This document shows, piece by piece, positions 56,471 through 64,000 of a DNA stretch of 64,000 nt (position 1 is the stretch's first letter; each line of letters opens with the position of its first letter). Position numbers and translations under genes: made by a program. Source of the DNA: Phyllobates terribilis (taxonomy: Eukaryota); assembly GCF_046119375.1 (NCBI RefSeq), contig NW_027362770.1, positions 161,944,001 to 162,008,000 of the forward strand. Reading direction: 5' to 3'. The notes beneath the pieces were generated by a model. That model searched no databases. It was not told the origin of the DNA and saw only the letters and a program-made list of their open reading frames with translations.

Positions 56471-57261
56471 ATGTGAAACAAGGACAAGTTCATACATCTA
56501 CTAAGTTCTGTAGTGTAAATTAAAGGAACAGTAACAAAAAAGCAACAAAAATAAAACTTGTCTTTCTCAAGTCCAATTACTTTGATATTCGCACTAAGTG
56601 TCCACATAGACAATGCAATAGCGCTGTGTAGCCACTGTGGGGCGCTCACCTCATATATATTTATGAATCTCTCATTGAGAGCAATACCAGCAATATACTG
56701 TAAGTCTGCTCCCCCTAGTGGCTGCTGCTAAAAGTCCTGGCACAAATCTGGAGGTGGTGCAGTTATAAAGACTTAGCACCAATTAGGGGTGTACACAGAG
56801 ATCATGGGGTCCCATAGTGACCCCTTCCCTCCTATGGTCTCGCCGCAGTTATTAAAAAACCTGCAAACCTTATCTATTTCTACTGCTGACACATAGTGAG
56901 GTGCTCTACAAGAGATAGGACCATCCCGATGGGTCACCTTGTCGCGGTGCGATGGCTTTTATGCTTTTTTTTTTAATCAAAACTATGTTAGCCATGTCCT
57001 ATATGTTATTTCCATGTATTATTACTATTTATTTCTTTTCTGCAGGGGATTTGCTCATTATGTTTTTTTTTTAATCTTAGATTCTGTTTGTTAAATGGCC
57101 ACAGTGTGAATGCACACCTAGGCACTGCACTTATACCAACATCTGTTCTGGCTCCATTTTTTTAGGTTTTAATTTTAGTATTGGCCACAATGTCTTATAC
57201 TAGACTCATATTTCCTATTCTACGTGGAAAAGGTTTCATAAGTCTTATCTTCACAGACAGG

Positions 57262-60200
57262 GCTACAATGACTGATAACACCTCTATATACAGTAGATAA
57301 CACAGGATCCACTATCCACAATAGGTAATATCACAGCTCACCTCCTCCTCCTCCTGTAATATGACTGATAACACCTCTATATACAGTAGATAACACAGGA
57401 TCCACCATTCACAATAGGTGATGTCACAGCTCACCTCCTCCTCCTGTACAATGACTGATAACACCTCTATATACAGTAGATAACACAGGATCCACTATTC
57501 ACAATAGCTGATGTCACAGCTCACCTCCTCCTCCTGTACAATGACTGATAACACCTCTATATACAGTAGATAACAGAGGATCCACCATCCACAATAGGTA
57601 ATATCACAGCTCACCTCCTCCTCCTCCTGTAATATGACTGATAACACCTCTATATACAGTAGATAACACAGGATCCACCATTCACAATAGGTGATGTCAC
57701 AGCTCACCTCCTCCTCCTGTACAATGACTGATAACACCTCTATATACAGTAGATAACACAGGATCCACTATTCACAATAGCTGATGTCACAGCTCACCTC
57801 CTCCTCCTGTACAATGACTGATAACACCTCTATATACAGTAGAACACACAGGATCCACCATTCACAATAGGTGATATCACAGCTCACCTCCTCCTCCTGT
57901 ACAATGACTGATAACACCTCTATATACAGTAGATAACACAGGATCCACCATTCACAATAGGTGATATCACAGCTCACCTCCTCCTCCTGTACAATGACTG
58001 TACAATGACTGATAACACCGCTATATACAGTAGATAACACAGGATCCACCATTCACAATAGGTGATGTCACAGCTCACCTCCTCCTCCTGTACAATGACT
58101 GATAACACCTCTATATACAGTAGATAACACAGGATCCACCATTCACAATAGGTGAGATCACAGATCACCTCCTCCCCCTCCTGTACAATGACTGATAACA
58201 CCTCTATATACAGCAGATAACGCAGGATCCACCATTCACAATAGATGATGTCACAGCACACCTCCTCCCCCCTGTACAATGACTGATAACACCTCTATAT
58301 ACAGTAGATAACGCAGGATCCACCATTCACAATAGGTGATGTCACAGCACACCTCCTCCTCCTGTACAATGACTGATAACACCTCTATATACAGTAGATA
58401 ACACAGGATCCACCATTCACAATAGGTGATGTCACAGCTTACGTCCTCCTCCTATACAATGACTGATAACACCTATATATACAGTAGATAACACAGGATC
58501 CACCATTCACAATAGGTGATGTCACAGCTCACCTCCTCCTCCTCCTGTACAATGACTGATAACACCTCTATATACAGTAGATAACACAGGATCCACCATT
58601 CACAATAGGTGAGATCACAGATCACCTCCTCCCCCTCCTGTACAATGACTGATAATCCTTCTATATACAGTAGATAACACAGGATCCACCATTCACAATA
58701 GATGATGTCACAGCACACCTCCTCCCCCCTGTACAATGACTGATAACACCTCTATATACAGCAGATAACGCAGGATCCACCATTCACAATAGTTGATGTC
58801 ACAGCACACCTCCTCCCCCCTGTGCAATGACTGATAACACCTCTATATACAGTAGATAACGCAGGATCCACCATTCACAATAGGTGATGTCACAGCACAC
58901 CTCCTCCCCCCTGTACAATGACTGATAACACCTCTATATCATAACCATAACCTCCTCACATTGTCTACCCTCTCCTCTCCAGGATCACAGTCCCCACTCC
59001 ACAAACTTACACACGCTCGCAGAAACCTCAAACACCTTGACCTACACTCACTCTCTGAATCCCTCCTCCCTCTCACAGACATAAATTCCTTACACAATGC
59101 AGATGTTGCTGCTGCTTCATATAACACCACAATAGCTGCAGCTCTCGACTCGATCGCCCCTCTCACATACACCAAATCTCGCACAATCAACAGGCAACCC
59201 TGGCACACTAAACTTACCAAAGAACTGCGCCGGGCCTCCAGGGTTGCGGAGCGAAGATGGAAAAGATCTCACTCCATCGAGCACTTCATCGCATTCAAAC
59301 AGTCCCTCACTACTTTCAAGTCCGCACTCACTACAGCAAAATAAACCTACTTCTCATCTCTCATATCTCCCTGTCTCACAACCCTAAACAGCTATTTAAC
59401 ACTTTCAATTCTCTCCTTCGTCCCCCAGCACCTCCTTCCTCTTCTCTCATCTCAGCCGAAGACTTTGCCTCATTCTTCAAGCAGAAGATTGACACCATCA
59501 GACAAAGCTTTTGCCTAAAATCCGCACAACCCCTTCTCATATCTACTCAACCTTCCTCCTCCAAACCCCACTTTTCCACCATTACAGAAGGTCAAGTCTC
59601 CTCCTTACTCTCCAAATCACACCTCACCACCTGCGAACTTGACCCAATCCCGTTCCACCTCATTCCTAACCTTACCACAGTCTTCATCCCAACCCTAACC
59701 CACCTCTTCAACCTGTCACTAACAACCTGTGTCTTCCCCTCATGTTTCAAACATGCCGCAATCACACCCATCCTCAAAAAGCCCTCCCTTGACCCTTCCT
59801 CTCTGACTAGCTACCGCCCCATATCACTACTCCCCTTTGCTTCAAAACTACTAGAACAACATGTCCACCTTGAACTGTCCTCCCACCTCTCCTCCTGTTC
59901 CCTCTTCGACCGCCTGCAATCTGGCTTCCGACCGCACCACTTAACTGAAACTGCCCTGACCAAAGTCACCAACGACCTACTAAATGCCAAATCCAAGCAA
60001 CACTACTCCATCCTCCTCCTCCTAGACCTGTCATCTGCCTTCGACACAGTGGACCATTCCCTCTTACTACAGACTCTCTCATCTCTCGGCATCACAGACT
60101 TGGCCCTATCCTGGATCTCCTCATACCTAACAGACCGGACATTCAGTGTCTCCCACTCACACACCACCTACTCATCTCGCCCCCTATCGGTCGGTGTCCC

Positions 60201-62259
60201 CCAAGGTTCAGTTCTAGGACCTCTGCTCTTCTCCATCTACACCTTCGGCCTGGGACAGCTCATAGAGTCCCATGGCTTTCATTATCACCTCTATGCTGAT
60301 GACACACAGATCTACCTCTCTGGACCTGATATCACCTCCTTACTAACCAAAATCCCACAATGTCTGACCGCCATCTCATCCTTCTTCTCTGCCAGATTTC
60401 TAAAACTCAACATGGATAAAACAGAATTCATCATCTTTCCACCCTCTCATTCATATTCCCCATCTGACCTATCCATCAAAGTCAATGGCTGTTCACTCTC
60501 CCCAGTCCCACAAGCTCGCTGCCTTGGGGTAACCCTGGACTCTGATCTCTCCTTCAAACCACATATCCAAGCCCTTCCCACAGTAGATAACACAGGCTCC
60601 ACCATTCACAATATGTGATATCACAGCTCACCTCCTCCTCCTCCTCCTGTACAATGACTGATAACACCTCTATATACAGTAGATAACACAGGCTCCACCA
60701 TTCACAATAGGTGATATCACAGCTCACCTCCTCCTCCTGTACAATGACTGATAACACCTCTATATACAGTAGATAACACAGGATCCACCATTCACAATAG
60801 GTGATGTCACAGCTCACCTCCTCCTCCTGTACAATGACTGATAACACCTCTATATACAGTAGATAACACAGGATCCACCATTCACAATAGGTGATATCAC
60901 AGCTCACCTCCTCCTCCTGTACAATAACAGATAACACCTCTATATACAGTAGATAACTCAGGCTCCACCATTCACAATAGGTGATGTCACAGCTCACCTC
61001 CTCCTCCTGTACAATGACTGATAACACCTCTATATACAGTAGATAACACAGGATCCACCATTCACAATAGGTGATATCACAGCTCACCTCCTCCTCCTGT
61101 ACAATAACAGATAACACCTCTATATACAGTAGATAACACAGGCTCCACCATTCACAATAGGTGATGTCACAGCTCATCTCCTCCTGTACAATGACTGATA
61201 ACACCTCTATATACAGTAGATAACACAGGATCCACCATTCACAATAGGTGATGTCACAGCTCACCTCCTCCTCCTGTACAATGACTGATAACACCTCTAT
61301 ATACAGTAGATAACACAGGATCCACTATTCACAATAGCTGATGTCACAGCTCACCTCCTCCTCCTGTACAATGACTGATAACACCTCTATATACAGTAGA
61401 TAACACAGGATCCACCATTCACAATAGGTGATGTCACAGCTCACCTCCTCCTCCTGTACAATGACAGATAACACCTCTATATACAGTAGATAACTCAGGC
61501 TCCACCATTCACAATAGGTGATGTCACAGCTCACCTCCTCCTCCTGTACAATAACAGATAACACCTCTATATACAGTAGATAACTCAGGCTCCACCATTC
61601 ACAATAGGTGATGTCACAGCTCACCTCCTCCTCCTGTACAATGACTGATAACACCTCTATATACAGTAGATAACACAGGATCCACCATTCACAATAGGTG
61701 ATATCACAGCTCACCTCCTCCTCCTGTACAATAACAGATAACACCTCTATATACAGTAGATAACACAGGATCCACCATTCACAATAGGTGATATCACAGC
61801 TCACCTCCTCCTCCTGTACAATAACAGATAACACCTCTATATACAGTAGATAACACAGGATCCATCATTCACAATAGGTGATGTTACAGCTCACCTCCTC
61901 CTCCTGTACAATGACTGATAACACCTCTATATACAGTAGATAACACAGGATCCATCATTCACAATAGGTGATGTCACAGCTCACCTCCTCCTCCTGTAAA
62001 ATGACTTATAACACCTCTATATACAGTAGATAACACAGGATCCACCATTCACAATAGGTGATATCACAGCTCACCTCCTCCTCCTGTACAATAACATATA
62101 ACACCTCTATATACAGTAGATAACACAGGATCCACCATTCACAATAGGTGATGTCACAGCTCACCTCCTCCTCCTGTACAATGACTGATAACACCTCTAT
62201 ATACAGTAGATAACACAGGATCCACCATTCACAATAGGTGATGTCACAGCTTACCTCCT
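57262..62259 (+). repeat. 90-bp satellite array (CACAATAGGTGATGTCACAGCTCACCTCCTCCTCCTGTACAATGACTGATAACACCTCTATATACAGTAGATAACACAGGATCCACCATT)n, interrupted by an L2 fragment
   Basis: Period about 90 with CCT-number variation. Confidence 0.97.
58940..60579 (+). mobile_element. L2-clade LINE reverse transcriptase fragment, truncated at both ends
   Basis: [79 protein letters not shown]; one TAA at 59342 and an adjacent 1-bp frameshift. Confidence 0.88.
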
Positions 62260-62505
62260 CCCCCTCCCCCTGCCAAGATTAGAAGCTCAGATAACACTCC
62301 TATACTAATATAGAGTCTGAGTCATTGTGTTGCTGCTAATGTCCATGTGAAGAATAGGAAGTTGGAGTCTAATATTAGTTCTATAGGTCAGTGTGGAAAT
62401 GGCAAGAATTCATAACTGCTATATTCATCAACAGGACACAAATATGGCCGGGGATAAACACAACGTCAGGTTACAACATCGCTCCATATATTATTTTATT
62501 ATTAG

Positions 62506-63681
62506 GCTGTTATCAGTCATTGTGCAGGATGAGGAGGAGGTGAGCTGTGACATCACCTATTGTGAATGGTGGATCCTGTATTATCTACTGTATATAGAGG
62601 TGTTATCAGTTATTGTACAGGAGGAGGAGGAGGTGAGCTGTGACATCACCTATTGTGAATGGTGGATCCTGTGTTATCTACTGTATATAGAGGTGATATC
62701 AGTCATTGTACAGGAGGAGGAGAATGTGAGCTGTGACATCACCTATTGTGAATGGTGGATCCTGTGTTATCTACTGTATATAGAGGTATTATCAGTCATT
62801 GTACAGGAGGAGGAGGTAAACTGTGATATCACCTATTGTGAATGGTGGATCCTGTGTTATCTACTGTATATAGAGGTGTTATCAGTCATTGTACAGGAGG
62901 AGGAAGAGGTGAGCTGTAATATCACCTACTGTGAATGGTGGATCCTGTGTTATCTACTGTATATAGAGGTGTTATCAGTTATTGTACAGGAGGGGGGAGG
63001 ATGTGAGCTGTGACATCACCTATTGTGAATGGTGGATCCTGTGTTATCTACTGTATATAGAGGTGTTATCAGTCATTGTACAGGAGGAGGAGGTGAGCTG
63101 TGACATCACCTATTGTGAATGGTAGATCCTGTGTTATCTACTGTATATAGAGGTGTTATCAGTCATTGTACAGGAGGAGGAGGTGAGCTGTGACATCACC
63201 TATTGTGAATGGTAGATCCTGTGTTATCTACTGTATATAGAGGTGTTATCAGTCATTGTACAGGAGGAGGAGAAGGTGAGCTGTGAAATCACCTATTGTG
63301 AATGGTGGATCCTGTGTTATCTACTGTATATAGAGGTGTTATCAGTCATTATAGAGGAGGAGGTGAGCTGTGACATCACCTAATGTGAATGGTAGATCCT
63401 GTGTTATCTACTGTATATAGAGGTGTTATCAGTCATTATACAGGAGGAGGAGGAGGTGAGCTGTGACATCACCTATTGTGAATGGTGGATCCTGAGTTAT
63501 CTACTGTATATAGAGGTGTTATCAGTCATTGTACAGGAGGAGGAGGTGAGCTGTGACATCACCTGTTGTGACTGTTGGATCCTGAGTTATCTACTGTATA
63601 TAGAGGTGTTATCAGTCATTATACAGGAGGAGGTGAGCTGTGACATCAGCTATTGTGAATGGTGGATCCTGTGTTATCCAC
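62506..63681 (-). repeat. Second array of the same 90-bp satellite in inverted orientation
   Basis: Reverse complement of the 57262-62259 unit. Confidence 0.97.
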
Positions 63682-63689
63682 TGTTTACC

Positions 63690-64000
63690 AGGATAGGGGT
63701 CTGCAGTCTGCCAGGTGAATGGAGCCGCAGTAGATACAATAGGTTGTGATTGGCAGAAAGTTTCCAGGTTGGATCTTTCTTGTTCCATTGTTGCACTGGG
63801 GCAGGGCAGGAATAGTAGCCACAGACTGGCCACATGAATCTGGTGTGTGGCTGCAGACCCTCCCTGCCCGGCCCTCCGGACACTTCCATTGGAGGCTGAT
63901 AAGTGTGTGTTCTCCACCACATCCTCTTCCTGTCTCCTCTTATCACATGAGGACAATCCTCCCTCCTCACTGTCTCATCCAGGGGGAACATGTCAGCCAC
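63690..64000 (-). other. Possible exon of an unidentified gene running off the window edge
   Basis: Unique sequence, open in one minus frame from the edge (ADMFPLDETV...RLQTPIL) ending at a GTAAAC donor-like site; no family recognised. Confidence 0.2.

Noticed and set aside
57495-63749. [30 protein letters not shown] repeat proteins
   Set aside because: The 90-bp satellite is a multiple of 3 and occurs in both orientations; no splice or promoter support.

Overview
Eukaryotic, repeat-rich genomic DNA, inferred from its repeat families to be an anuran (probably neobatrachian/hyloid frog); there are no prokaryotic features. Four complete spliced genes were reconstructed by hand, all with GT-AG introns and open frames: SAMM50 (+, 15 coding exons, 469 aa), TTC38 (-, 14 exons, 468 aa), CDPF1 (+, 3 coding exons, 113 aa) and YARS2 (-, 5 exons, 461 aa). 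The rest is mostly mobile DNA and tandem repeats: five Tc1 elements (one with an intact 343-aa DD34E ORF), a DIRS retrotransposon with both termini and its ICR, two inverted copies of a CCAAT/hairpin-rich non-autonomous Helitron flanking TTC38 exon 3, hAT elements with 8-bp TSDs carrying minisatellites, piggyBac-like, T2/Kolobok-like and Harbinger-like MITEs, CR1 and L2 LINE fragments, telomere-like repeats, several 31-bp minisatellites and two inverted arrays of a 90-bp satellite. Gene and family names come from recalled homology; no database search was run. Most long ORFs in the supplied track are repeat artefacts.
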